A stretch of 64,000 bases of DNA from an uncultured Eubacteriales bacterium (GCA_949299505.1 CASGAS010000001.1:9337-73336), one strand, 5' to 3'; counted from the stretch's first letter, positions 27,567 to 37,416 are shown. Notes: a model not told the origin generated them from the sequence alone. Translations and numbers: made by a program.

Positions 27567-30500
27567 ATGACCCGTTTTTTTGATCTGTTCCCGGACTGCG
27601 CCGGGGCGCTCGAGCCGTTTTCGGCGGCGCTTGCCGACGCGCAGATTGAAAATATTAAGCTCGACAGCGACCGCCGTCACCTCAGCGTGACGGTGCGTTT
27701 TCCGCAGCTTGTTTTCGAGCGGACGCTGCGCCAGATTGCCGCGTGCGTTGGCGAACAGCTCGGCGCAAACGCGCAGGTGGAGCTGGTCCCCCGCTTTTCG
27801 CCCGAGGCGCTGACGGCGGCCTATGCGCCGGAATTTACGGCGGCGCTCAAAAAACGCGTCGCGGTTGCCAACGGCTTTTTGGACGACGCCGAATGGGACA
27901 TTTCCGCCGCGCGCATTGCGCTCACGCTGCACCACGGCGGCCGGGAAATTCTGGAGCAGGGCGGGTTTGCCGCCGCCTTGCAGGCGCTTTGCCGCGAATA
28001 TTTCGACGCCGCGCCTGCTGTGACGCTTACCGAGGCGCAGGTGGACGTGGAAAAGACGCTCGTCGCCGCGCAGCGGAGCGTCGACGCGCGCGACCGCGCC
28101 GCCAGAGCCGCCGCCGCGCAGGAGCAGAAATACGGCAAGGGCGCGCAGGTGCAGAAGACGGAAAGCGCGGCGGACAAGACCCCGCGCGAGCATATTGTCA
28201 AGCCGGGCATACCCTATTACCTGGAAAGCGTCCGGCCCATTTTCGGCAACGTCATCCGCAGCGAGCCGATCCCCATCGCCGACATCGAATTGCCCGAAAC
28301 CGACCGCGAGGAGGTCCCCGCGACGGTGTGGGGGCGCGTTTTCTCGTTTGAAGAGCGCACCAGCAAAAAGGGCAAGCACAAGCTGATTCACTTTTTTATG
28401 ACCGACGGCGGCTACTCCTTTCCCGTTTCCATGATTGTGAAAATCGAGCAGAGCGAGGCGCTGCTCGGCGCGCTGAAAAACGGCGTTTACATTTTGGCGC
28501 ACGGCAACGTAAAGTACGACAATTTCCAGCGCGACTATATTCTGGACCCGAAGGCGGTAAGCCTTACGGAGAAAATCGAAAAAGAGGACCGCGCGCCCCA
28601 AAAGCGCGTGGAGCTGCATCTGCATACGAATATGTCGCAGATGGACGGCATGACGCCCGCCAAAACGCTGGTGGAGCGCGCCATAAGCTGGGGACACAAG
28701 GCCGTCGCCATTACCGACCACGGCTGCGTGCAGGCGTTTCCGGAGGCGGCGAGCGCCGCCAAGGGAAAAATCAAGATTATCTACGGCGTGGAAGCGTATT
28801 TTGTGGACGACCTAAAGGAGCCGGATAAGGATTTCAAGTCCCTGCGCTCGTACCACCAGATCATCCTGGCGAAAAACCTGACCGGGCTTAAGAACCTGTA
28901 CAAGCTTATTTCCCTTTCCAACACGAAATACTTTTACAAAAAGCCGCGCACGCTCAAGTCGGAGCTTCTCAAGCACCGCGAGGGGCTGATTATCGGCTCG
29001 GCGTGCGAGGCGGGCGAGCTGTACCGCGCCGTGCTCGAAGGCCGTCCCGAAGCGGAAATTCTGGAGATTGCGCAGTTTTACGATTATCTCGAAATCCAGC
29101 CGACGGGCAACAACCGCTTCATGATTGACGCACATTCCGACGAAAACAGCAAAAATCCGGAGCGCAACCGCGAATTTGACGGCATCACGTGCGAAGCGGA
29201 TATTGAAAACATCAACCGCCAGATCATCGCCATTGCCGACCGGCTCGGCAAGCCGGTCGTGGCGACCTGCGACGTGCATTTCATCGACCCCGCCGACGCC
29301 AAGTTCCGCGAAATCCTGATGGCGGCGCAGGGCTTTGCCGACGCCGACCGCCAGGCGCCGCTCTATTTCCGCACGACCGAGGAAATGCTCGCCGAGTTCC
29401 AGTACCTTGGCGAGGAGACCGCCCGCGAAATCGTCATTGAAAACCCGAACCGCATTGCGGACATGGTCGAAACGATGCGGCCCTTCCCCGAGGGGACGTA
29501 CCAGCCCTCCATTCCGGGCTCGGAGGAGCAGCTGCGCAAAATTTGCTGGGACAAGGCGCGCGACTGGTACGAATTTGAGGGCAAGGTGCCCGAAATCGTG
29601 GAAACGCGTCTGAACCGCGAGCTGGATTCCATCATCGAAAACGGGTTCGCCGTGCTGTACATCATCGCCCAAAAGCTCGTCTGGGATTCGGAGGAGCACG
29701 GCTACCACGTCGGCTCCCGGGGCTCTGTCGGGTCGTCGTTCGTCGCGACGATGGCGGGCATTTCCGAGGTCAACCCCTTAGCGCCGCACTACCGCTGCCC
29801 GCAGTGCCGGTATTCCGAATTTTTTACGCACAACGAATACGGCTCGGGCTTCGACATGCCCAAAAAGGCCTGCCCGCACTGCGGGACGGACATGGTCCGC
29901 GACGGGCACGAAATCCCGTTCGAGACCTTCTTAGGCTTCCACGGCGACAAGGCGCCGGATATCGACTTGAACTTCTCCGGCGAGTACCAGGGCAAGGCGC
30001 ACCGCTACACGGAGGAGCTGTTCGGCTCGGCGAACGTCTTTAAGGCCGGCACCATTGCGACCGTCGCCGAAAAGACGGCGTACGGCTTTGTGAAAAATTA
30101 TCTTGAGGAGCGCGGCCTGCACGTCAACCGCGCCGAGGAGCAGCGGCTTATTGACGGCTGCACGGGCGTCAAGCGCACCACGGGCCAGCACCCGGGCGGC
30201 ATGGTCGTCGTGCCCGGCAATTTCGACGTGTATGATTTTACGCCGGTGCAGTTTCCCGCCGACGACGTCGAAAGCGATATGGAAACGACGCACTTCGACT
30301 TCCACTCCCTGCACGATACCATTCTGAAGCTCGACATTCTGGGGCACGATGTGCCGACGCTGTATAAGCATCTCGAGGACCTGACGGGCGTCAACGTCAT
30401 GGACGTGGACGTCTGCGACCCGCAGATTGTGCGTTTGTGCACAAGCCCGGAGCCGCTGGGCGTGACGGCCGAGGATATCGACTGGCCGACGGGGACGCTG

Positions 30501-31400
30501 TCCATTCCGGAAATGGGCACGTCGTTTGTCTGCCAGATGCTTTTGGAGGCGCAGCCCAAGACCTTTGCCGACCTTTTGCAGATTTCGGGCCTTTCGCACG
30601 GGACGGACGTGTGGACCGGCAACGCGCAGGACCTGATTCACAATGAGGTCTGCACCATTTCCGAGGTTATCGGGACGCGCGACAGCATTATGACCTACCT
30701 TTTGCATAAGGGCCTGGAGCCGAGCATGGCGTTCAACATCATGGAAAAAACGCGCAAGGGCATTGTGGCGAAGGTCGGCTTCCCCGAGGGCGCGGAGGAG
30801 GCCATGCGCGCCCACAACGTCCCGGACTGGTACATGGATTCCTGCCGGAAAATCAAATATATGTTCCCGAAGGCGCACGCCGCCGCCTATGTCATTGCGG
30901 CGCTGCGGCTGGGCTGGTATAAAATTTACCGTCCCTTAGAGTATTACACCGCGTTTTTGACGGTGCGCGGCGGAGACCTGGACGCCGAGGTCATTGTGCA
31001 GGGGCACGAGGCGGTGCGCGCGCGGCTTGCGTCGCTGAAAGCGAAAATCAAGGACAAAACCGCCACCGCCAAGGAAAAGGACCAGTACACCGCCATGCAG
31101 GTCGTCAACGAAATGATGGCGCGCGGCATAGAGCTGCTCGGCGTGGACGTCTATAAGTCCCGCGCGACGACCTATGTTTTGGAGGACGGCAAAATCCGTC
31201 TGCCGTTTTCCGCGCTTTCCGGTGTGGGCGAAAGCGCGGCTTACCCGCTGGAGGCCGCGCGCAGCGACGGCGAGGGGCCGTTCATTTCAGTCGATGACTT
31301 TGCCCGGCGCGCAAAGGCGGGCAACAGCCTGATTGAGCTGCTCGACAAATGCGGCGCGTTCGGCGACATGCCCAAGACGGCGCAGATTTCACTGTTCTGA
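27567..31400 (+). CDS. polC: DNA polymerase III PolC-type alpha subunit, apparently lacking the internal 3'-5' exonuclease domain
   Basis: PolC-specific order of OB fold, PHP (VELHLHTNMSQMDG, AITDHGCVQAFPEA), Zn finger (CPQC...CPHC), palm and fingers (GSRGSVGSS, FPKAHAAAY). It is 1277 aa; GVEAYFVDD is joined to YHQIILAKNLTGLKNLYKL by about 18 aa at the position where the exonuclease normally sits. Confidence 0.9.
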   Translation: MTRFFDLFPDCAGALEPFSAALADAQIENIKLDSDRRHLSVTVRFPQLVFERTLRQIAACVGEQLGANAQVELVPRFSPEALTAAYAPEFTAALKKRVAVANGFLDDAEWDISAARIALTLHHGGREILEQGGFAAALQALCREYFDAAPAVTLTEAQVDVEKTLVAAQRSVDARDRAARAAAAQEQKYGKGAQVQKTESAADKTPREHIVKPGIPYYLESVRPIFGNVIRSEPIPIADIELPETDREEVPATVWGRVFSFEERTSKKGKHKLIHFFMTDGGYSFPVSMIVKIEQSEALLGALKNGVYILAHGNVKYDNFQRDYILDPKAVSLTEKIEKEDRAPQKRVELHLHTNMSQMDGMTPAKTLVERAISWGHKAVAITDHGCVQAFPEAASAAKGKIKIIYGVEAYFVDDLKEPDKDFKSLRSYHQIILAKNLTGLKNLYKLISLSNTKYFYKKPRTLKSELLKHREGLIIGSACEAGELYRAVLEGRPEAEILEIAQFYDYLEIQPTGNNRFMIDAHSDENSKNPERNREFDGITCEADIENINRQIIAIADRLGKPVVATCDVHFIDPADAKFREILMAAQGFADADRQAPLYFRTTEEMLAEFQYLGEETAREIVIENPNRIADMVETMRPFPEGTYQPSIPGSEEQLRKICWDKARDWYEFEGKVPEIVETRLNRELDSIIENGFAVLYIIAQKLVWDSEEHGYHVGSRGSVGSSFVATMAGISEVNPLAPHYRCPQCRYSEFFTHNEYGSGFDMPKKACPHCGTDMVRDGHEIPFETFLGFHGDKAPDIDLNFSGEYQGKAHRYTEELFGSANVFKAGTIATVAEKTAYGFVKNYLEERGLHVNRAEEQRLIDGCTGVKRTTGQHPGGMVVVPGNFDVYDFTPVQFPADDVESDMETTHFDFHSLHDTILKLDILGHDVPTLYKHLEDLTGVNVMDVDVCDPQIVRLCTSPEPLGVTAEDIDWPTGTLSIPEMGTSFVCQMLLEAQPKTFADLLQISGLSHGTDVWTGNAQDLIHNEVCTISEVIGTRDSIMTYLLHKGLEPSMAFNIMEKTRKGIVAKVGFPEGAEEAMRAHNVPDWYMDSCRKIKYMFPKAHAAAYVIAALRLGWYKIYRPLEYYTAFLTVRGGDLDAEVIVQGHEAVRARLASLKAKIKDKTATAKEKDQYTAMQVVNEMMARGIELLGVDVYKSRATTYVLEDGKIRLPFSALSGVGESAAYPLEAARSDGEGPFISVDDFARRAKAGNSLIELLDKCGAFGDMPKTAQISLF

Positions 31401-31436
31401 CCGTTTTTCTCTCGATTGGGCGAGGAAACTTAAGGA

Positions 31437-31480
31437 TTGACAGATTCACTTTAGTGTGCTATCCTATTAGCACGCTAAAG
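31437..31480 (+). promoter_or_regulatory. his operon promoter with overlapping 13-bp-arm inverted repeat (candidate operator)
   Basis: TTGACA (31437-31442), 17 nt, TATCCT (31460-31465). The inverted repeat CTTTAGTGTGCTA-N6-TAGCACGCTAAAG at 31449-31480 has 1 mismatch. Confidence 0.5.
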
Positions 31481-31529
31481 CAAAACGGCGGCGGTATGCC
31501 CTGCGGCGCGCCGCCGGAAAGGACGAACC

Positions 31530-32735
31530 ATGAAGACCTATGCGAAGCTTACCCCCGAGGGCACGCGCGACCTTTTGTTTGAAGAGAGCGACGCGCTCGG
31601 TACGGTGGAACGGCAGCTCGGCGACCTGTTTTTGTCGCACGGCTACCGAAAAATCGTGACGCCGACCGTCGAATTTTTCGACGTGTTCAACCGGGAAAGC
31701 GCCGGGACGCTGCCGGAGTCGCTGTATACCATGACGGATAACGCCGGGCGGCTTTTGGTGCTGCGGCCGGATTCCACGCTGCCCATTGCGCGCGTGGCGG
31801 CGACGCGGCTGCGCACGGCGCGGCTGCCCTTGCGCCTTTACTATAACCAGAGCGTCTTTTCCCGCCGGCCGAAGCTTGCGGGCTACAGCGACGAAACCAC
31901 GCAAAGCGGCATTGAGCTCATCGGCGCGGGCGGACTGCGCGCGGATTTGGAGGCCTTGACGCTTGCGGCGCGCGTGCTCGAACGCTGCGGCGGGGCGGAC
32001 TATCAAATTGAAATCGGCCACGCCGGGTATTTTCAGTCGCTGTGCGACGCGCTGGACGCGGACGGCGACACCGTTTCGGAAATCTACGCCTGCGTGGAAA
32101 GCAAAAATTTTGTCGCGCTCGGGACGGTGCTCGACCGGCTCGGCGACACGCCGCAGACGCGCGCCATGCGGCAGCTTCCGCAGCTGTTCGGCGACGCGTC
32201 CGTCCTGCAAAAGGCGGCCGAGGCCGCCGGGCTTGCCGACGGTGAAACGCATGAGGCGCTCGAATACCTGTCGGACGTGTACGCGCGGCTCGAAAAAGCG
32301 GGGCTTGCGTCGCACATTATTTTGGATTTGAGTCTTGTGCAGCGCACAAATTACTATACCGGCCTTATGTTCCGCGGCTATCTTGCCGACAGCGGCGAGC
32401 CGGTGCTTGCGGGCGGCCGGTACGACCGGCTCATTGCAGAATTCGGCGAGGATTTGCCGGCGGTCGGCTTCGGCGTGCAGACGGATGTGCTTGCGCGGCT
32501 GAAGCTGCGCCGCGGGGAGCAGACCCCGCCCGCCCCGCCCGACGCGCTGGTGTTCGGGGAAACCGGGTATGAAACGGCGGCGCTCGAAACGCTCGAGGCG
32601 CTGCTTCGCGAGGGGAAATCGGCGGAAAACAGCGTTGCGCAAAGTCTGACGGAGGCTCTGGTCGACGCCCGTGCGCGCGGCGTACCGGTCGTGTACGTCG
32701 CGGAAGAAAACGGGGTGCGGGAGGTGCGCGTATGA
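31530..32735 (+). CDS. hisZ: ATP phosphoribosyltransferase regulatory subunit HisZ
   Basis: HisRS-like paralogue (GTRDLLF, LRPDSTLP, GGRYD) directly upstream of a short-form hisG. Confidence 0.9.
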   Translation: MKTYAKLTPEGTRDLLFEESDALGTVERQLGDLFLSHGYRKIVTPTVEFFDVFNRESAGTLPESLYTMTDNAGRLLVLRPDSTLPIARVAATRLRTARLPLRLYYNQSVFSRRPKLAGYSDETTQSGIELIGAGGLRADLEALTLAARVLERCGGADYQIEIGHAGYFQSLCDALDADGDTVSEIYACVESKNFVALGTVLDRLGDTPQTRAMRQLPQLFGDASVLQKAAEAAGLADGETHEALEYLSDVYARLEKAGLASHIILDLSLVQRTNYYTGLMFRGYLADSGEPVLAGGRYDRLIAEFGEDLPAVGFGVQTDVLARLKLRRGEQTPPAPPDALVFGETGYETAALETLEALLREGKSAENSVAQSLTEALVDARARGVPVVYVAEENGVREVRV

Positions 32736-33367
32736 GAAAGCTGCGCATTGCCCTGACAAAGGGCAGGCTTGAAAAGCAGACGGTAGCGCTGTTTGAACAT
32801 ATGGGGCTCGACTGTACGGCGCTGCACAATAAGGGCCGGCGGCTGATTTTGCCGGTCGGCGGTTACGAGGCGGTGCTGGCCAAAGCCCCGGACGTTGTGA
32901 CCTACGTCGAGCACGGCGTGTGCGACATCGGCGTGGTCGGCCGCGACACCATTGTGGAATACGGCAAGCGGTTTTACGAGGTCTGCGATTTGGGCCTTGG
33001 AAAATGCGATTTCTGCCTTGCCGGCAAAAAGGGCGTGCCGTTTTACGACGGGTACGCGGTCAAGCGCATCGCGACCAAATATCCGAACGTCGCCCGCGCC
33101 TATTTCCAGGCTAAGGGCATGGACGTCAACATCATCAAGATTGAGGGCTCGGTGGAGCTTGCGCCGCTGCTCGATTTGTCCGACGCGATTGTCGACATTG
33201 TCGAGACCGGCACGACGCTGCGGGAAAACGGGCTGGAGGTCTATGAAAAAATCATGCCGATTTCCGCGCGCGTGATTGTCAACACGGCGAGTATGCGCCT
33301 GCGCCGCAGCGAAATCGATGCGTTTGTAGAACAAATCGGGAAAGCATCCCGGGAGGCGAACCTATGA
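32732..33367 (+). CDS. hisG: ATP phosphoribosyltransferase (short form)
   Basis: 211 aa with LRIALTKGRL, DIGVVGRD and IVETGTTLREN. It overlaps hisZ and hisD by 4 nt each. Confidence 0.95.
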   Translation: MRKLRIALTKGRLEKQTVALFEHMGLDCTALHNKGRRLILPVGGYEAVLAKAPDVVTYVEHGVCDIGVVGRDTIVEYGKRFYEVCDLGLGKCDFCLAGKKGVPFYDGYAVKRIATKYPNVARAYFQAKGMDVNIIKIEGSVELAPLLDLSDAIVDIVETGTTLRENGLEVYEKIMPISARVIVNTASMRLRRSEIDAFVEQIGKASREANL

Positions 33368-34647
33368 TTCGAACGGTCCGAGCGGACGGTGTGTCCGAAC
33401 AAAAGCTTCTGCGCGAGCTGAAAGCGCGCAGCGGTGAAATCGACCGCGCGGTCACCGCGTCGGTCACGCAGATTCTGGACGATGTGCGGCGTTTCGGCGA
33501 CACGTCCGTGCGCGAATACACCATGAAATTCGACGGCGCGCTGCCCGAGCAGGCGGAAATTCCGCCCGAAGCGCTCGACGCGGCGGTCGAAAGCTGTGAC
33601 AGCGCCTTTATTTACGCGCTGTATAAGGCTGCGGACAACATCCGCGACTTCCACCGCCGCCAAAAGCAGCAAAGCTGGCTCGAGCCGAAGGCCGACGGCG
33701 TGCTTTTGGGTCAGCGCGTGCGCGCGCTGCGGCGCGTGGGGCTGTATGTGCCCGGCGGCACGGCGGCGTATCCGTCGAGCGTGCTGATGAACGCCATCCC
33801 CGCCAAGATTGCGGGCGTGCAGGAGATTGTCATGGTCACGCCGCCGCGCAAGGACGGCACGGCGAACCCGGACATTCTGGCCGCCGCCAAAATCGCGGGC
33901 GTGGACCGCGTATTTTTGATGGGCGGGGCGCAGGCGGTCGCCGCGCTTGCCTACGGCACCGAGACCGTTCCGCAGGTCGACAAAATTGTCGGTCCGGGCA
34001 ACATTTACGTTGCTACGGCGAAAAAACTGCTGTTCGGCACGGTGGACATCGACATGATTGCAGGCCCGTCGGAAATCCTGATTGTCGCCGACGAAACGGC
34101 CGACCCGAAATTCCTGGCCGCCGATTTGATGAGCCAGGCCGAGCACGACAAAATGGCGTCCGCGGTGCTTTTGACAAACAGCGAGCGCGTCGCCGCGCGT
34201 ACCGCCGAGGAGCTGGAACGGCAGGTGCAGGCGCTGTCCCGCCGCGACATCATTGAACAGGCGCTGCGGGATTTCGGCGCGATTATCCTCTGCGACACGG
34301 TGGACCGGGCGGTCGAGTTTGCCAACCTGCTTGCGCCCGAGCATTTGGAAATGGCGGTCAAAAACCCGCTCGAGTACATCGGCCGCTTGGACAACGCCGG
34401 CAGCGTCTTTTTGGGGCAGTATGCGCCCGAACCGCTCGGCGACTACTACGCGGGGCCGAACCACGTCCTGCCCACGGGCGGTACGGCGCGGTTCTTCTCG
34501 CCGCTTTCCGTGGACAGCTTCGTAAAAAAATCGAGCTTTATCTATTACACCCAGACCGCGCTCGAAAAGGCGAAGGACGACATCGTCACGCTTGCCGAGG
34601 CCGAGGGGCTTACGGCGCACGCAAACGCCGTGAAAGTCAGATTTTAA
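33364..34647 (+). CDS. hisD: Histidinol dehydrogenase
   Basis: GGTAAYPSSVLM, IAGPSEILI, SQAEHD, APEHLE. Confidence 0.95.
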   Translation: MIRTVRADGVSEQKLLRELKARSGEIDRAVTASVTQILDDVRRFGDTSVREYTMKFDGALPEQAEIPPEALDAAVESCDSAFIYALYKAADNIRDFHRRQKQQSWLEPKADGVLLGQRVRALRRVGLYVPGGTAAYPSSVLMNAIPAKIAGVQEIVMVTPPRKDGTANPDILAAAKIAGVDRVFLMGGAQAVAALAYGTETVPQVDKIVGPGNIYVATAKKLLFGTVDIDMIAGPSEILIVADETADPKFLAADLMSQAEHDKMASAVLLTNSERVAARTAEELERQVQALSRRDIIEQALRDFGAIILCDTVDRAVEFANLLAPEHLEMAVKNPLEYIGRLDNAGSVFLGQYAPEPLGDYYAGPNHVLPTGGTARFFSPLSVDSFVKKSSFIYYTQTALEKAKDDIVTLAEAEGLTAHANAVKVRF

Positions 34648-34707
34648 CTGCGGCGGCGCGCAGGGAAGCGGAATAGTCAATTTTTAACTAAGGAAGTTTT
34701 TACAGGT

Positions 34708-35772
34708 ATGTTTGAACTCAATGAAAAAATCCGGCGGCTCAAGCCCTACGACCCGGTTACGGGGCAATACCAGATTCGGCTGGACGCCAACGAGTCGTTC
34801 GTTACGCCGCCGCAGGCGCTGCGCGACCAGATGGACGAGGCGCTTTGCCACCTGCACTACAACCGGTACCCGGACCCGTACGCCGTCGAGCTGCGGCAGG
34901 CGTTCGCCGACCTCTACGGCGTCCCGCGCGACTGCGTGATGGCGGGGAACGGCTCGGACGAGGTCATTACCGTCGTGATGAACGCGTTTTTGCAAAAGGG
35001 CGACACGGTCGTGACGCTCGCGCCGGATTTTTCCATGTACAAATTTTACGCGTCGCTGGTCGAATGCAAAACGGTCGAGGTGCCCAAAAACGCGGACTGC
35101 ACCGTGGACGTGGACCGGGTCGTCGAGACCGTCCGGCGGGAAAAGGCACGGATGCTGGTGTTTTCCAACCCCTGCAACCCGACGTCGCTGGTGCTCGCGC
35201 GCGAAGCGGTGCGTCAAATCGTTTCGTCGGTTTCCGCGCTTGTGGTGCTGGACGAGGCGTATATGGATTTTTCCGACCAGAGCATGCTGTCGGAGTTTGC
35301 GGGCTACGACAACCTCCTGATTCTCAAGACCTGCTCGAAAGCGCTGGGCATGGCGGCGCTGCGCCTGGGCTTTGCCGTCGGGCAGCAAAGGCTTATAGAC
35401 GTTTTGCAGGCGGCCAAATCGCCGTATAACGTCAACGCGCTTTCGCAGGCGGTCGGCGCGGCGGTGCTTTCCCGGCCCGAATATCTTGCGTCTTCGGTGC
35501 AGCGGATTTTGGAGTCGCGCGACGAGCTGTACGCGGGCTTTTGCAGGCTGGCCGACGCTTTCCCGGCGGCGGAGATGGACATTTGCAAACCGGACGCGAA
35601 CTTTCTGTATATCCGAACGCCGAAGGCCGAGGCGGTTTTTGAAGCGCTCAAGGCGGCGGGCATTATCGTCCGGCTCTTTGGCGGGGCGCTGCGCATCACG
35701 GCGGGGCGCAATTATGAAAACGAAGCGATTTTGCACGCAACGGAAGCGTTTTTGAAAGGGGCAGAAGCATGA
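34708..35772 (+). CDS. hisC: Histidinol-phosphate aminotransferase
   Basis: Class II aminotransferase with NRYPDP, NPCNPT and the LKTCSKALGMAALRLG PLP-lysine motif. Located in the his operon. Confidence 0.9.
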   Translation: MFELNEKIRRLKPYDPVTGQYQIRLDANESFVTPPQALRDQMDEALCHLHYNRYPDPYAVELRQAFADLYGVPRDCVMAGNGSDEVITVVMNAFLQKGDTVVTLAPDFSMYKFYASLVECKTVEVPKNADCTVDVDRVVETVRREKARMLVFSNPCNPTSLVLAREAVRQIVSSVSALVVLDEAYMDFSDQSMLSEFAGYDNLLILKTCSKALGMAALRLGFAVGQQRLIDVLQAAKSPYNVNALSQAVGAAVLSRPEYLASSVQRILESRDELYAGFCRLADAFPAAEMDICKPDANFLYIRTPKAEAVFEALKAAGIIVRLFGGALRITAGRNYENEAILHATEAFLKGAEA

Positions 35773-36347
35773 GAACGGCAGAGGTTGCAAGAAAGACCCG
35801 GGAAACGGACATCACCGCGCGCCTTTCCTTGGACGGCGGCGACGTATCGGTGCAGACGGGCGTCGGCTTTTTTGACCACATGCTCACGGCTTTCGCCGTC
35901 CACGGCGGCTTTGGACTTACGCTTTGCTGCAAAGGCGATTTGGAGGTCGACTGCCACCACACGGTCGAGGACACGGGCCTTGTGCTCGGGCAGGCGTTTG
36001 CCGAGGCGCTCGGCGGCAAGGCCGGCATTGCGCGCTACGGCAGCTTTTTCGTCCCGATGGACGAGGCGCTTGGCTTTTGCGCGGTCGACGTCGGCGGCCG
36101 GCCGTTTCTGGTGTTTGAGGCACAGCTGCCCGAAGCGCGCGTCGGGGATTTCGACGCGTGCATGGCGAAGGAGTTTTTCCGCGCCTTTTCAAGCAAGGCC
36201 GGCGTTACGCTGCATCTGCGCGCACCCTACGGCGACAACACCCACCATATTTTAGAGGCGCTTTTCAAGGCGTTCGGGCACGCGCTGGCGGCCGCCTCGG
36301 CAAAAACGGCGGGCGGCGCGCTTTCGACCAAGGGCGTGTTGGATTGA
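35769..36347 (+). CDS. hisB: Imidazoleglycerol-phosphate dehydratase
   Basis: RKTRETDI, GFFDHML, HHTVED, NTHHILEALFKAFG. Confidence 0.95.
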   Translation: MRTAEVARKTRETDITARLSLDGGDVSVQTGVGFFDHMLTAFAVHGGFGLTLCCKGDLEVDCHHTVEDTGLVLGQAFAEALGGKAGIARYGSFFVPMDEALGFCAVDVGGRPFLVFEAQLPEARVGDFDACMAKEFFRAFSSKAGVTLHLRAPYGDNTHHILEALFKAFGHALAAASAKTAGGALSTKGVLD

Positions 36348-36362
36348 GTTTAGGAGAACGAT

Positions 36363-37079
36363 ATGCTGATTTTTCCCGCGATTGACATTCAAAACGAGAC
36401 CTGCGTGCGGCTTTACCGCGGGGCGATGGACTCCGCCGAGCAGGTCGCGGACAGCTACCTTGCGGCCGCGGAGACGTTCCGGCGCGCCGGCGCGAAGTGG
36501 ATTCACATGGTCGACCTCGACGGCGCCTGCGCGGGCGTGCGCAAAAACGCCCACGTCTTTTTGGAGGTCGCAAAGCAGACCGGCCTGCTTGTGGAGGTCG
36601 GCGGCGGGATTCGGACGATGGACGACGTGGAATATTACCTGTCGCGCGGCATTGCCCGCGTCGTTTTGGGCTCCGCGGCGGTCAACAACCCGCAGCTGGT
36701 CTATGACGCGTGCGCGCTGTACGGCGGGCGCATTGCCGTCGGCATTGACGCGCGCAGCGGCTTTGTCGCGACGCAGGGCTGGCTTGAAACCGGCAATGTG
36801 CAGTATCTGGACCTTGCTAAGGCGATGGAGCAGGCGGGCGTGGAAACGCTCATTTTCACGGACATCGACCGCGACGGCATGCTGTCCGGCCCTGCGCTTG
36901 AATCGCTTTGCGCGCTTAACGACGCGGTCTCCTGCAATGTGGTCGCAAGCGGCGGCATCCGCGACCTTGCGGATATTCGCGCATTAAAGGACGCGGGGCT
37001 GTACGGCGCGATTTGCGGCCGTTCCATTTACAAGGGCACGCTGTCGCTGGCAGAGGCCATTGCGGCGGCGGAAGAATAG
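36363..37079 (+). CDS. hisA: 1-(5-phosphoribosyl)-5-[(5-phosphoribosylamino)methylideneamino]imidazole-4-carboxamide isomerase
   Basis: [28 protein letters not shown] and ASGGI; HisA-like rather than HisF-like. Confidence 0.85.
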   Translation: MLIFPAIDIQNETCVRLYRGAMDSAEQVADSYLAAAETFRRAGAKWIHMVDLDGACAGVRKNAHVFLEVAKQTGLLVEVGGGIRTMDDVEYYLSRGIARVVLGSAAVNNPQLVYDACALYGGRIAVGIDARSGFVATQGWLETGNVQYLDLAKAMEQAGVETLIFTDIDRDGMLSGPALESLCALNDAVSCNVVASGGIRDLADIRALKDAGLYGAICGRSIYKGTLSLAEAIAAAEE

Positions 37080-37089
37080 GGGAGAGGCA

Positions 37090-37416
37090 ATGGATATCGA
37101 GAAGTTTTTTCAAAAGGGCACGCTCATTCCCGCCATTGTGCAGGAGGCGGGGACGGGCGAGGTGCTGATGCTCGCCTACATGAACCGGGAATCCCTGCAA
37201 AAGACGCTCGAGACCGGCTACACCTGGTTTTTCAGCCGTTCGCGCGGCAAGCTCTGGAACAAGGGCGAGACCTCTGGCCACGTCCAAAAGGTCGTGCGCA
37301 TAGCGGGCGACTGCGATTCGGATACGCTCTTGGTGACGGTTGTCCAGACGGGGCCCGCCTGCCACACGGGCAAAAAAAGCTGCTTTTTTGATACGATTTG
37401 GGAGGAGACGACATGA
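37090..37416 (+). CDS. hisI: Phosphoribosyl-AMP cyclohydrolase
   Basis: Trimmed to the ATG at 37090 after GGGGAGAGG. Contains [28 protein letters not shown] and CHTG. Confidence 0.9.
   Translation: MDIEKFFQKGTLIPAIVQEAGTGEVLMLAYMNRESLQKTLETGYTWFFSRSRGKLWNKGETSGHVQKVVRIAGDCDSDTLLVTVVQTGPACHTGKKSCFFDTIWEETT

Noticed and set aside
31401-31529. A possible T-box or His-leader-peptide attenuator in front of hisZ.
   Set aside because: The leader after the predicted start is only about 60 nt. There is no specifier or T-box sequence, and the only small ORF (MPCGAPPE...) has no His codon run.
33241-34680. A 479-aa minus-strand ORF antisense to hisD. Similar cases are 34684..35790 (antisense to hisC), 48564..50312, 55777..57126, 61728..62825 and 42720..43625.
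   Set aside because: Each lies opposite a gene with clear family motifs and shows Arg/Gly/Ala-biased composition without RBS support. I treat them as GC-driven artefacts.
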